Positions 53,367 through 62,799 of a stretch of 64,000 nt of DNA are shown here, piece after piece. The stretch is from an uncultured delta proteobacterium. GTDB lineage: Bacteria; Desulfobacterota; Syntrophorhabdia; Syntrophorhabdales; Syntrophorhabdaceae. The notes under the pieces are model-generated. The model ran no database searches, was not told the DNA's origin, and saw only the letters and a list, made by a program, of their open reading frames with translations. The stretch spans positions 3,249 to 67,248 of the forward strand of contig CAVVCD010000049.1 of the NCBI GenBank assembly GCA_963746565.1, in the 5' to 3' direction. Position 1 is the stretch's first letter, and each line of letters begins with the position of its first letter. The position numbers were made by a program, and so were the translations under genes.

Positions 53367-55799
53367 ATGATGAACATACCCTCCAATATAATGAAGCCTG
53401 CCCGTTACACGGGCATTGAACCAAACCGGGTCATGAAAGATCCTGCCGCTGTAGCAGTCAGGTTTGCCCTCTGCTTCCCTGATATCTATGAAGTCGGCAT
53501 GTCATACTATGGATACTTTCTCCTCTACGGCCTTGCAAACAGTCTGCCCGGAGTCTGGTGCGAACGCTGCTTCGCGCCATGGGGCGACATGGAAACCCAC
53601 CTCAGACAGAATGGTATTCCCCTCGCAACCCTCGAATCACATACACCCCTCAGAGCCATGGATATGGTGGGCTTTTCTCTTACCTATGAGATGAATGTAA
53701 CGAACATTCTCAACATGCTCGACCTTTCCAATATCCCCATCAGGGCCGAAGACAGGGTAAGGGGGCCGATTGTGATAGGGGGCGGGCCATCAATGCTCAA
53801 TCCTGCACCGTTTCAGAAGTTTTTTGACCTCATCGTGATCGGAGAGGCAGACAAAAAACTCGTTGAAATCCTGAGCATCTTTAAGGACCTCAAGGGAGGA
53901 TCCAGGGAAGACACCATCAGAGAACTCGCCCGGCTTGAAGGCGTGTATTCCCCCCTCTACAGAAAAGACCCGGTAAAAAGGCAATTTATCGAGAGTCTCG
54001 ACGATTCCTACCACCCCGTAGAGCCCCCTATTCCCGTGGTGGGAAGCATCCACAACAGGTTCAACGTGGAAATATCGAGAGGATGCGGAAACAGCTGCAG
54101 GTTTTGCCTTGCAGGATTCGGTTACAGGCCATATAGAGAACGTTCTTTCGAAAAAGTGAAGGATATTATCGACCAGGGTATGCGTGGTACAGGCTATGAG
54201 GAGATTTCTCTCCTTTCTTTGAGCTCCGGTGATTATAGCGCCCTCTTTGACGTTATAGCGTATATCAAGAAGAGCTATCGCGGTGTATCAGTCGCCCTGC
54301 CATCACTAAAAGTTGGAAGTATTCAGGAGAACGAGATTAGCCTGATCGGCGGCATCGCCCGAACCGGCTTTACCTTTGCCCTTGAATCAACCACACCGGA
54401 GATGAGGTGCAGGCTCAATAAGAATATCGATATGGACATCCTCCTCGGGCAACTACCCCTTCTCAAAAAGTACGGTTGGAAAAAGATTAAGCTTTATCTC
54501 ATGATCGGTTTCCCGTGGGAAAAAGAAGAGGATATTGAGGCTATCAGAGAGATTCTTATCCCCTTTGAAAAAGAACATATAGATATCAACCTTTCCGTAT
54601 CTCCTTTTATACCAAAACCTCATACACCTTTCCAGTGGTTGCCCATGGAGAATGAGAAGGTTCTCTCAGAAAAAATCATTATGCTCAAGAAGAGTCTGAA
54701 AGGGAGAAGGGTTAAGGTAAAATACAGAGATCCCAAGACAAGCATCATTGAGGCAATCGTGTCCAGGGGTAATGACCAGCTCTCGCCCCTTTTTGAATAT
54801 CTCTTCCACAAAGGGGTAAAGCTTGAGGCCTGGCGGGAATACTTTCAGCCGGGACTCTATGATGAATGGTTTGATCAACAAGGTATATCCATGGATGATT
54901 ATCTTACCGCAAAGCCTGTCGAAGGGAGCCTGCCGTGGGATATGATCGATACAGGGATCAACAAATCCTTCCTGGCCCGGGAACTTGTCCACGCTGAGGC
55001 CGGCGAGAAAACTGACGACTGCTATACCGGGTGTGCAGTGTGTGGAATTGGCTGCGAAGCACCCCATTCTGGGATAAGGATTATGGATTATGGATTAAAA
55101 CCAAGCATTGAATCCGAAATTGATGCCTCTCAACTCAAAATTCAAAATTCATCCACCCTCCACAGTAGCAGAGCAACTGCTACGGAGGGTGGATCGGCAG
55201 ACAGGCCGAACTCCGAACTCCGAACTGAGGACTCCACATCTTCCCCTCGTCCACCTGTCCCGACGCAGACGGGATCGACACTCGCCCCCGGGATTAAATA
55301 CACCTTCCGGTACGGTAAATACGCTGACGCCAGGTATATAGGGCACCTCGACACCATGCATATCCTTCTCAGGGCACTCCGATCACTGGGGGTCACTATC
55401 AGGACTCACGGAAAATACCACCCCATGCCGAAGATTTCCCTCTCTGACGCTCTGCCAATGGGGATTGAAAGCACCTGCGAACTGATGGAGATTGAAACAG
55501 ATATTGGTGTTCTCATATACGAGAAAACCATAGAAGAGATGAACCGAATATTACCCCGGGGTATCAAGATTTATGAATTTATCAAAGGAAACCTTCAAAA
55601 TATGGTAAAAGATTACTCATATCTTCTGATAACCGATAAAAATATCGACATGAGATTGTGGAAACTGGGGTATAATGGTAAAAAACATTTCTACACGTGG
55701 AAAGGCAAGGGCATTAAAGAGTTAAAAGCAAAGGGTGATTTCCAGAGAATCATAAAGATGGAGGACAGAAGGATACATGGCCTCAGAATTGATAATTAA
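53367..55799 (+). CDS. Radical SAM protein (TIGR03960-like) fused to a DUF2344/TIGR03936-like domain through a repeat-encoded linker
   Basis: ARYTGIEPN N-terminus, radical SAM motif CGNSCRFC, and the C-terminal half YIGHLDTMHILLRALR...HPMPKISLSDALPMGIES. The linker spans about 55108-55300. Confidence 0.8.
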   Translation: MMNIPSNIMKPARYTGIEPNRVMKDPAAVAVRFALCFPDIYEVGMSYYGYFLLYGLANSLPGVWCERCFAPWGDMETHLRQNGIPLATLESHTPLRAMDMVGFSLTYEMNVTNILNMLDLSNIPIRAEDRVRGPIVIGGGPSMLNPAPFQKFFDLIVIGEADKKLVEILSIFKDLKGGSREDTIRELARLEGVYSPLYRKDPVKRQFIESLDDSYHPVEPPIPVVGSIHNRFNVEISRGCGNSCRFCLAGFGYRPYRERSFEKVKDIIDQGMRGTGYEEISLLSLSSGDYSALFDVIAYIKKSYRGVSVALPSLKVGSIQENEISLIGGIARTGFTFALESTTPEMRCRLNKNIDMDILLGQLPLLKKYGWKKIKLYLMIGFPWEKEEDIEAIREILIPFEKEHIDINLSVSPFIPKPHTPFQWLPMENEKVLSEKIIMLKKSLKGRRVKVKYRDPKTSIIEAIVSRGNDQLSPLFEYLFHKGVKLEAWREYFQPGLYDEWFDQQGISMDDYLTAKPVEGSLPWDMIDTGINKSFLARELVHAEAGEKTDDCYTGCAVCGIGCEAPHSGIRIMDYGLKPSIESEIDASQLKIQNSSTLHSSRATATEGGSADRPNSELRTEDSTSSPRPPVPTQTGSTLAPGIKYTFRYGKYADARYIGHLDTMHILLRALRSLGVTIRTHGKYHPMPKISLSDALPMGIESTCELMEIETDIGVLIYEKTIEEMNRILPRGIKIYEFIKGNLQNMVKDYSYLLITDKNIDMRLWKLGYNGKKHFYTWKGKGIKELKAKGDFQRIIKMEDRRIHGLRIDN
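55151..55226 (+). repeat. Intergenic-type repeat inside a CDS: an 18-bp interrupted hairpin plus (ccgaact)x3
   Basis: ATCCACCCTCC-aca-GTAGCAG-agcaa-CTGCTAC-GGAGGGTGGAT (55151-55194), with heptamers at 55206-55226. Confidence 0.8.
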
Positions 55800-57261
55800 T
55801 GTTACTTTTAATGAGACACGGATAGCATTTCTGGAAAACGGCGTTCTCGTGGAGTTCTTCATAGAAAAGAAGAACGACAATAGCATGGTGGGTAACATCT
55901 ACAAGGGAAAAGTTGCTCGAATTGTACCGGGCATGGATGCAGCCTTTGTCGATATTGGTTTGGCAAAATCAGCATTCCTCTATGTTGGCGATATCATTCT
56001 CGACAGAATGATGTACGAGGAGTATGATGATTCTGATTATCATGTGACTCTCAATGAAAGAATCGAAGGTGTCCTTGAAGAGGGGCAGGAATTGACCGTT
56101 CAGGTCTCAAGGGAACCAATCGGGCAGAAAGGTACTCGGGTTACCTCGAAGGTCACCCTTCCCGGCAGGCTCCTCGTTCTCATGCCAGGGACAGAACATA
56201 TAGGTGTTTCCCGGAGGATCGAACAAGAGGAGGAAAGAAAAAAGCTCGCCACTATGCTCAAAGATGAGATATGTCCGAAGGGGTATGGCCTTATTGCCAG
56301 AACGGCCTCAGAAGGCAAGACAAAAGAAGAGCTGGGGGCAGATCTCAACTTTCTGAAAAGGATTTGGGAAAGCATCCAGGAAAAGGCTAAGACTGTGCGC
56401 GCCCCTTCCATCCTGCACCAGGACCTCGGCATCATATTCAGGGTAATACGGGATTTACACTCCCACAACCTGAAGAAGATTATCGTTGATGATGTCTTCG
56501 TCTATGAACGGGTCGGAGAGTTTCTCAAAGACTACCTCCCTGAGCAAGGGTGTGAAGTTGTCTACTTCAACGAAAAGGACCCAATATTTGAGGTCTTCGG
56601 GATAGAAATTGAGATAGCAAAGCTCCTGCACAAAAAGATATGGCTAAAATCGGGTGGCTACATTGTTCTTGACTACACTGAAGCCCTGACGGTCATTGAT
56701 GTAAACACCGGGCGCTATCTTGGGAAAAAGGACCTGGAAGATACCATTCTCAGGACTAACCTCGAGGCTGTCAAGGAGATTGCCTACCAGATACGTTTAC
56801 GCAATATCGGGGGAATTATCATTATAGATTTCATAGACATGGAGCGAAAAGAGTCACGAGAGACCGTCTTCCAGGCTCTTATAGATGCGTTGAAGAAGGA
56901 TAGGATCAAGACCTTCGCGTATCCGATCAGTGAGCTTGGCCTTGTTCAGATCACACGCAAAAGGACACGGCATAATATTGTCAATCTCCTCACAGAGATA
57001 TGCCCGACCTGCGAAGGTTCCGGATATATAAAATCCCGCTACACGGTCTGTTATGAAGTTTTACGGGAACTCAGGAGCCATTGCAGCAAAGAGGGCGGGA
57101 AGAGGATCAACGTTTACCTATCTCCGGAAGTGGCAAGCCTTCTTTACGAGGAGGAGAAAAACTCCATAGAATTCATCGAAAACACATATAACACGAAGGT
57201 TAATATCATCGCCAACCCCGAGTTCAGCGTCGACAGTTTTCAGGTAGAAGGTTTGCGTTAA
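55777..57261 (+). CDS. rng: Ribonuclease G/E family (Rne/Rng)
   Basis: S1 domain (GNIYKGKVARIVPGMDAAFVDIG), a DNase-I-like/5' sensor region and a Zn-link CPTCEGSG. Confidence 0.88.
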   Translation: MASELIINVTFNETRIAFLENGVLVEFFIEKKNDNSMVGNIYKGKVARIVPGMDAAFVDIGLAKSAFLYVGDIILDRMMYEEYDDSDYHVTLNERIEGVLEEGQELTVQVSREPIGQKGTRVTSKVTLPGRLLVLMPGTEHIGVSRRIEQEEERKKLATMLKDEICPKGYGLIARTASEGKTKEELGADLNFLKRIWESIQEKAKTVRAPSILHQDLGIIFRVIRDLHSHNLKKIIVDDVFVYERVGEFLKDYLPEQGCEVVYFNEKDPIFEVFGIEIEIAKLLHKKIWLKSGGYIVLDYTEALTVIDVNTGRYLGKKDLEDTILRTNLEAVKEIAYQIRLRNIGGIIIIDFIDMERKESRETVFQALIDALKKDRIKTFAYPISELGLVQITRKRTRHNIVNLLTEICPTCEGSGYIKSRYTVCYEVLRELRSHCSKEGGKRINVYLSPEVASLLYEEEKNSIEFIENTYNTKVNIIANPEFSVDSFQVEGLR

Positions 57262-57872
57262 TGGGCCTTGTTTTTGTCGGTTTGTATGTTGCGTGCGAAA
57301 TCATCGCAAACGTTACTGCCGGGAGGCCTGTATCGCTCTTCGGGATTGTTGTTCCATCGGCAGTTTTTATTTACGCCCTCACCTTTACCCTTATTGATGT
57401 CATCCACGAAATTTACGGCAAAGAGGGTTCGAGGAAGGTTATTCTCGGAGCCTTCTTCGCTAACATCCTCCTCGCCATTTATGCCTACCTCGTCATTCAT
57501 CTTCCAACGCCGGCTTTTTTCACGGATGCCAAGGCCTACGAAACGGTGTTCGGTGCAACACCGCGGATAGTTTTCGCGAGCCTCACTGCATACCTTATCA
57601 GCTCCTTGGTTGACGTTGAAGTTTATCACCTATGGAAAAACCGTATACAAAAAGCGAAATGGTCAAGGGTTCTTGTCAGCAACAGCGTTTCTACCCTCGT
57701 TGATAGTTGCGTTTTTATTACTATCGCCTTTCTTGGCATTATGCCCATACTTCCCCTCATCATAGGTCAATACATCGTAAAAATGACCATTACTGTCCTC
57801 AGCCTCCCCCTGATTTACACAACGGGTTTCAGAGGGTCAATCGCACGGTATGCGCGTCAAAACGGGCGATAG
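57261..57872 (+). CDS. yhhQ: Queuosine-precursor transporter (YhhQ/VUT family)
   Basis: Multi-TM protein with FIYALTFTLIDVIHEIYGK and the conserved C-terminal region. Confidence 0.75.
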   Translation: MGLVFVGLYVACEIIANVTAGRPVSLFGIVVPSAVFIYALTFTLIDVIHEIYGKEGSRKVILGAFFANILLAIYAYLVIHLPTPAFFTDAKAYETVFGATPRIVFASLTAYLISSLVDVEVYHLWKNRIQKAKWSRVLVSNSVSTLVDSCVFITIAFLGIMPILPLIIGQYIVKMTITVLSLPLIYTTGFRGSIARYARQNGR

Positions 57873-57983
57873 GCTATAGGCATGAGGTTATAGGAAGAGC
57901 GCGAAAATATTTAAGGTGTGCGAAGTAAAAAATGAAAAGTAAAGGCAATGAAGAATTGAAAACAGATATTTTTAGCCGATTAC

Positions 57984-58070
57984 GCGTCACGCGTCACGCG
58001 TCACCATTTAATGTAACTCTTAGCTGCCAGAAACTTCTATCTCCGAACTTAGAACTCCGAACTCCGAACT
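57984..58070. repeat. Two heptamer arrays: (gcgtcac)x3 at 57984-58004, and ccgaact tagaact ccgaact ccgaact at 58043-58070
   Basis: Read directly. The second array ends 4 nt before the ispE ATG. Confidence 0.85.
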
Positions 58071-58074
58071 GTTC

Positions 58075-58959
58075 ATGAAACATACTGCCCTCTCCCCTGC
58101 CAAGGTCAACCTCTTCCTGAAGGTAGTCTCTAAGCGACCGGACGGCTACCACAATATCGTGAGTATTGTTGACATCATCTCTCTTTTCGATATCATCCAT
58201 ATTGAGGAAGTCCCTGATGATATTGTTACTGTTAAGGATAATAAAGGCGTTTTGCCTGACGGTATGGCAAACACAATTTACAGGGCAATCATTACACTAA
58301 AAGAGAGATTCAAGATCGGCACAGGGGTGAGCGTATATGTTGAAAAAAACATACCTATCGGAAGCGGCATGGGAGGACCAAGCAGCAACGCCGCAACAGC
58401 ACTAAAAGAGATGACAAGAATCTGGGGGCTTTCAATAAGTGAAACCGAATTAAACGAAATCGGGAGTAGCGTCGGCGCGGATGTCCCATTGTTCCTCTAT
58501 GGAAAACCATGTGTCATGAGAGGAATCGGCGACCTGATTTCCCCCATTGAATTGCCGAACCTATGGTACCTTGTTGTCTATCCAAACATGTCCATATCAA
58601 CCCGAAGAGTCTATGAAGGTTTAAAAATCGTGTTGACAAACCAGCAAAATGATATTAAATTGGTTGCGAAATTTAATAATATTCAGGACATTTCTGCCAT
58701 TTTGGAGAACGATCTTGAAAGAGTCGGTATTTTACTGTGCCCGACAATACAAACCATCAAAGACAGGTTAATTGAAACAGGAGCTGGTGGCACATTAATG
58801 AGCGGGAGCGGCTCATCGGTGTTTGGTATTTTTGAAACTGAAGAGGGAGCAAAAAAAGCATCAGCTTCGTTAACTGGTATGGGAAGTATTTTCATTGCAC
58901 GAAGCATGAAAAGGGGGGGGTATGGAGGTTACCGGCGTCAAGATATTTGCTGTAAGTGA
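58075..58959 (+). CDS. ispE: 4-diphosphocytidyl-2-C-methyl-D-erythritol kinase
   Basis: SPAKVNLFLKV..RPDGYH and the GHMP kinase motif PIGSGMGGPSSNAA. Confidence 0.88.
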   Translation: MKHTALSPAKVNLFLKVVSKRPDGYHNIVSIVDIISLFDIIHIEEVPDDIVTVKDNKGVLPDGMANTIYRAIITLKERFKIGTGVSVYVEKNIPIGSGMGGPSSNAATALKEMTRIWGLSISETELNEIGSSVGADVPLFLYGKPCVMRGIGDLISPIELPNLWYLVVYPNMSISTRRVYEGLKIVLTNQQNDIKLVAKFNNIQDISAILENDLERVGILLCPTIQTIKDRLIETGAGGTLMSGSGSSVFGIFETEEGAKKASASLTGMGSIFIARSMKRGGYGGYRRQDICCK

Positions 58960-59191
58960 AAAGCGTGTAAAAGCTTATGCTGCAATCGTTTTTGATGATT
59001 GTTTTATTGTAAGGGACTTGAAGGTAATACATGGAGACAGCAAGCTTTTTGTTGCAATGCCCAGTAGGAAAATGAAAGATGGTTCATACAGAGATACTGT
59101 CCATCCGTTAAACAATACCACGAGGCAAAAGATCGAGGTAAGTGTTCTAGATGCTTACGAAAAGGAGCTCAACAAGCAACCGGTTTATTAA
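58922..59191 (+). CDS. spoVG: SpoVG family protein
   Basis: MEVTGVKIF....KAYAAIVFDDCFIVRDLKVI.G...LFVAMPSRK is typical SpoVG. The SD is the G8 tract at 58913-58920. Confidence 0.88.
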   Translation: MEVTGVKIFAVSEKRVKAYAAIVFDDCFIVRDLKVIHGDSKLFVAMPSRKMKDGSYRDTVHPLNNTTRQKIEVSVLDAYEKELNKQPVY

Positions 59192-59201
59192 GACAGGTCA
59201 T

Positions 59202-59273
59202 TGGGGTGTCGTCAAGCGGTAAGACTCAGGCCTTTGGAGCCTGCATTCGGAGGTTCGAATCCTCCCACCCCAG
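59202..59273 (+). tRNA. tRNA-Gln (anticodon UUG)
   Basis: TGGGGTG-TC-GTC-AAGCGGTAA-GAC-T-CAGGC-CTTTGGA-GCCTG-CATTC-GGAGG-TTCGAAT-CCTCC-CACCCCA-G. Confidence 0.92.
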
Positions 59274-59296
59274 AATAATCTACCAAGGAGCGATAC

Positions 59297-60232
59297 GTGG
59301 ATAAGTTAAGGATTTTTACAGGAAATGCAAATGTGGCACTTGCTGAGAAGATATGCAGCTTTCTCAAGATACCTCTTGGTAAAGCCAAGGTGGGTAGCTT
59401 TAGTGATGGCGAGGTTCAGGTAGAGATTACCGAGAGTGTGCGGGGCATGGATATTTTTGTGGTACAGCCCACGTGTCCCCCGGTAAGTCAGAATCTGGTC
59501 GAGTTATTAATTATGCTCGACGCCCTGAAACGGGCATCTGCTGAGCGCATCACTGTCGTGATTCCCTACTACGGTTATGCAAGGCAGGACAGAAAGGTTC
59601 TTCCCCGGACATCGATCTCCGCGAGGCTTGTTGCAGATCTTATGACTGTAGCCGGCGCATCAAGAATCCTGGCAATGGATCTCCACGCAGGACAGATCCA
59701 GGGCTTCTTTGATGTCCCCGTTGATCACCTCTATGCCCTCCCGGCTCAGTTCAAGTATTTCAGTAAAGTCAAGGGCGAGATTGTCGTTGTGTCGCCGGAT
59801 GCAGGCGGTGTAGAGCGGGCAAGGGAGATGGGCAAAAGACTGAATGCTTCTATTGCTATCATTGACAAAAGACGGGAGAAAGCAAATGTCTCAAAGGTTA
59901 TGCGCGTTATTGGTAATGTAAAAAATAAGACAGCCATAATCCTCGACGATATGATCGACACTGGAGGAACCATTGTCCAGGCATCTGAGGCCCTGATGGA
60001 AGAAGGCGCAAAGGCTGTCTATGCATGCTGTACCCATCCGGTTCTTTCCGGACAGGCAGCTCAAAGGATTGAGAACTCCCCTATCAAAGAAATGATTGTC
60101 ACCAACACCATACCCCTTTCAGAAGAGGCAAGCAAAGTAAAGAAGATTAAGGTGCTTGATGTGTCGCCAATACTTGGTGAGGCAATAAAAAGGATTCACA
60201 ACGACGCATCAGTAAGTTCGCTTTTTATATAG
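59297..60232 (+). CDS. prs: Ribose-phosphate pyrophosphokinase
   Basis: FSDGEV, the YARQDRK loop and the PRPP loop ILDDMIDTGGT. GTG start has an AAGGAG SD. Confidence 0.92.
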   Translation: MDKLRIFTGNANVALAEKICSFLKIPLGKAKVGSFSDGEVQVEITESVRGMDIFVVQPTCPPVSQNLVELLIMLDALKRASAERITVVIPYYGYARQDRKVLPRTSISARLVADLMTVAGASRILAMDLHAGQIQGFFDVPVDHLYALPAQFKYFSKVKGEIVVVSPDAGGVERAREMGKRLNASIAIIDKRREKANVSKVMRVIGNVKNKTAIILDDMIDTGGTIVQASEALMEEGAKAVYACCTHPVLSGQAAQRIENSPIKEMIVTNTIPLSEEASKVKKIKVLDVSPILGEAIKRIHNDASVSSLFI

Positions 60233-60255
60233 AGTAAACAAGCCCGTTCTCGGGC

Positions 60256-60331
60256 GAGAAGAGAAGGCTCAGCGAGCTTTGCTTGCTGAGGGGGCGATCC
60301 CGTTTATGACGGGACAGGCTGCAAGCCCCGG
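60256..60331 (+). repeat. Divergent module B + module A copy in the rplY 5' region
   Basis: Hairpin CTCAGCGAGC-ttt-GCTTGCTGAG (60268-60290), then gagggggcgatCCCGTttatgACGGGacaggctgcaagcccc (60288-60331). Stem changes are compensatory relative to the other copies. Confidence 0.7.
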
Positions 60332-60380
60332 TAATAGTAAGCGCAGGCTTTTGCCTTACGCATATAACAGGAGGTTTGGC

Positions 60381-60995
60381 ATGAAAGAAATATTGTTAAG
60401 GGCAGAAACAAGAAAGGGCACCGGGAAAGGCATCGCCCGGAAATTAAGAAGAGAAGGGAACATACCCGCAGTGCTCTATGGAAGGGACGTAGAGTCGGTT
60501 CCAATAAAGATCTCAGCAAAGGAATGGGACACACTCATGAGGCGGGTAAGGAAGAACGTAATCCTTACTATGGAGCTTCACAGTGACAAAGGTACTGAAA
60601 ACAGGCCCGTCATGATTAAGAATATCCAGCCGGGCTTTCTCGGTGATGATATTAGCCACATCGACTTTCTGCAGGTTTCGATGGAAAGAACCATAGAAAT
60701 AGAAATACCGATTCACTTGATTGGGACGGCAAAAGGCGTCATTAACAATGGCATCATGGATCAACATCTTAGGTCGATGATGGTTGAATGCCTACCCACA
60801 CAGATTCCGGAGAAGATAGAGATCGATGTAACAAACCTTGATGTCGGAGATTCCATACATGTAAGTGATATTTCCCTTGCTGGAGTTAAACTTCTTGAGC
60901 ATATGGATGTGGCAGTAGTAACCATTATCCATCCTAAGGCAGAAGAGAAACCTGTGGCCGTTGAAGAGATAGAGGCTGAGAAAAAGGAGGAATAG
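60381..60995 (+). CDS. rplY: 50S ribosomal protein L25/general stress protein Ctc
   Basis: RKGTGKGIARKLRREGNIPAVLYG, with an acidic C-terminal tail. ATG 60381 has an AGGAGG SD. The ORF-track start at 60279 lies in the repeat. Confidence 0.88.
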   Translation: MKEILLRAETRKGTGKGIARKLRREGNIPAVLYGRDVESVPIKISAKEWDTLMRRVRKNVILTMELHSDKGTENRPVMIKNIQPGFLGDDISHIDFLQVSMERTIEIEIPIHLIGTAKGVINNGIMDQHLRSMMVECLPTQIPEKIEIDVTNLDVGDSIHVSDISLAGVKLLEHMDVAVVTIIHPKAEEKPVAVEEIEAEKKEE

Positions 60996-61003
60996 GATCC
61001 TTT

Positions 61004-61552
61004 TTGTTTTTACTATGCGGTCTTGGCAACAAAGGTTCTGAATACGCCTTCACCCGGCACAATATTGGCTACCTCGTTATAGACAGGTTTTCTGAGCGGT
61101 TTAATATCCCCTTAAGAAAACGCCTCTGTAGCTGCAAGGTTGGCGAATCCGAGCAGATCATTCTCGCAAAACCCAACACCTATATGAACCTTTCAGGAGG
61201 CCCCGTGGCGTCCCTCGCACAACGCAAGTCTGTTCCCCCTGAGAGCCTTGTCATCATACATGACGACATTGATATGGATTTTGGGAAGTTAAGGATACGC
61301 TGGAACGGGAGAGACGGAGGCCACAAAGGTGTCCGTTCTATCGTTGGCGCAATGCAGTCACCCCTCTTCTTCCGGATGAAGATAGGCGTCGGAAGGAATC
61401 CGGTCATACCGCCTGAAGAGTATGTTTTGTCTAGGTTCCAGGGTGAGGAAGCAGAGGACCTGGCAGATATTTTGGACCGCGCCGCTGACGCCTTGCACAC
61501 ATTTGTCTTTGAAGGCAAAGAAAAAGCGATGAGCATGTATAATAGGAGTTAG
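61004..61552 (+). CDS. pth: Peptidyl-tRNA hydrolase
   Basis: GLGNKGSEYAFTRHNIG, NLSG, HDD.D and GHKG motifs. TTG start. Confidence 0.88.
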   Translation: MFLLCGLGNKGSEYAFTRHNIGYLVIDRFSERFNIPLRKRLCSCKVGESEQIILAKPNTYMNLSGGPVASLAQRKSVPPESLVIIHDDIDMDFGKLRIRWNGRDGGHKGVRSIVGAMQSPLFFRMKIGVGRNPVIPPEEYVLSRFQGEEAEDLADILDRAADALHTFVFEGKEKAMSMYNRS

Positions 61553-61562
61553 GACAACCTTC

Positions 61563-62651
61563 ATGAGCTGGTCCTGCGGAATTATTGGTCTGCCTAATTC
61601 AGGAAAATCAACAATTTTTAATGCCTTGACCACCCTTACTGTTCCATGTCAACCCTATCCCTTCTGCACCATTGAGCCGAACGTCGGTATCGTTGCAGTG
61701 CCTGATGAACGACTTGTAAAGCTGGCAGAGATTCTCAAGCCTGAGAAGGTCACGTTGACAACCATCGAATTCATCGACGTGGCAGGCCTCATCAAGGACG
61801 CCCACAAGGGCGAGGGTCTCGGTAACAAGTTTCTTTCCCATATAAGGAATGTTGATGCTATCGCCCATGTGATACGATGTTTTGGCACAAAGAATGTTCC
61901 CCACGTATACTCAGAAATAGACCCTAAGAGGGATATGGAGATCGTGGAAACAGAGATCATCATCTCTGATCTGGAGATTGTCGAGGATAGGCTCAACAAG
62001 CTGGACAGGCTCGCAAAGGTATCCAAAGAAAAGGGAACGCAGGAAAGGGAACTCCTGCTTAGAGTTAAAGCAACCCTTGAGCGAAGCTCCTTTGTAAATG
62101 TGGATGAATTTGATCATTCTGAAAAGGAAATGGTATATTCCTTCAACCTTATCACTACCAAGCCCATTTTTTATGTAGCAAATATCGATGAGGAGAGCCT
62201 GGGAGATTTGCCCATCGCTCCACTGGAAGAGCTTGTCCGTTCAAAGGGGAGCAGGCTTGTCTATATCTGCGGTAAGCTGGAACAGGATCTGATTGATCTA
62301 TCCATGGATGAAAGAAACTCATACATGGATCTCTATGGCATGACGGAGATGTCCATAGAGAAAGTGATCAAGGTCGGTTACGAGATGCTTGGCCTCATCA
62401 CCTTTTACACGATCGTAGGCAAGGAGATGAGGGCCTGGACAATTCCCCGGAACACAACCTGCGTGAAGGCTGCCGGCAAGATACATACAGACATGGAACG
62501 GGGCTTCATCAAGGCAGAGGTAATCAATGTGAACGATTTTGTGCACTACGGGTCAGAGCATGCAGCCCGCGAAAAGGGTGCCCTGAGAATGGAAGGCAAA
62601 GAGTACATCGTGAAAGACGGCGATATTCTTCATATTAGGTTCAATGTGTAG
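61563..62651 (+). CDS. ychF: Ribosome-binding ATPase YchF (OLA1 family)
   Basis: GLPNSGKST, DVAGL and NVDE-like motifs, plus a C-terminal TGS region (FFT.G..E.RAWTI..G..A..AAG.IH.D...GFI.AEV). Confidence 0.92.
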   Translation: MSWSCGIIGLPNSGKSTIFNALTTLTVPCQPYPFCTIEPNVGIVAVPDERLVKLAEILKPEKVTLTTIEFIDVAGLIKDAHKGEGLGNKFLSHIRNVDAIAHVIRCFGTKNVPHVYSEIDPKRDMEIVETEIIISDLEIVEDRLNKLDRLAKVSKEKGTQERELLLRVKATLERSSFVNVDEFDHSEKEMVYSFNLITTKPIFYVANIDEESLGDLPIAPLEELVRSKGSRLVYICGKLEQDLIDLSMDERNSYMDLYGMTEMSIEKVIKVGYEMLGLITFYTIVGKEMRAWTIPRNTTCVKAAGKIHTDMERGFIKAEVINVNDFVHYGSEHAAREKGALRMEGKEYIVKDGDILHIRFNV

Positions 62652-62677
62652 CTGATAGCTGATAAGCTCAAAGCCAA
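62650..62677. repeat. Heptamer array agctgat agctgat aagctca aagccaa
   Basis: Begins inside the ychF TAG stop (62649-62651). Confidence 0.7.
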
Positions 62678-62799
62678 GCAAGACCTGTGACGCGCCTGTC
62701 CGCCGAACAATATGGTTTTGGTAGGCGGGTAACGCGTGATCGGTCAAAAATCATTCTTTTTAAATTCCTCAGCGTCTTTATTTTTAATCCGGATTTTCC

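Noticed and set aside
60279-60380. N-terminal 34-aa extension of the L25 ORF (track start 60279).
   Set aside because: The extension is the translated module B/A repeat. A strong AGGAGG SD precedes ATG 60381, which gives the canonical L25 N-terminus.
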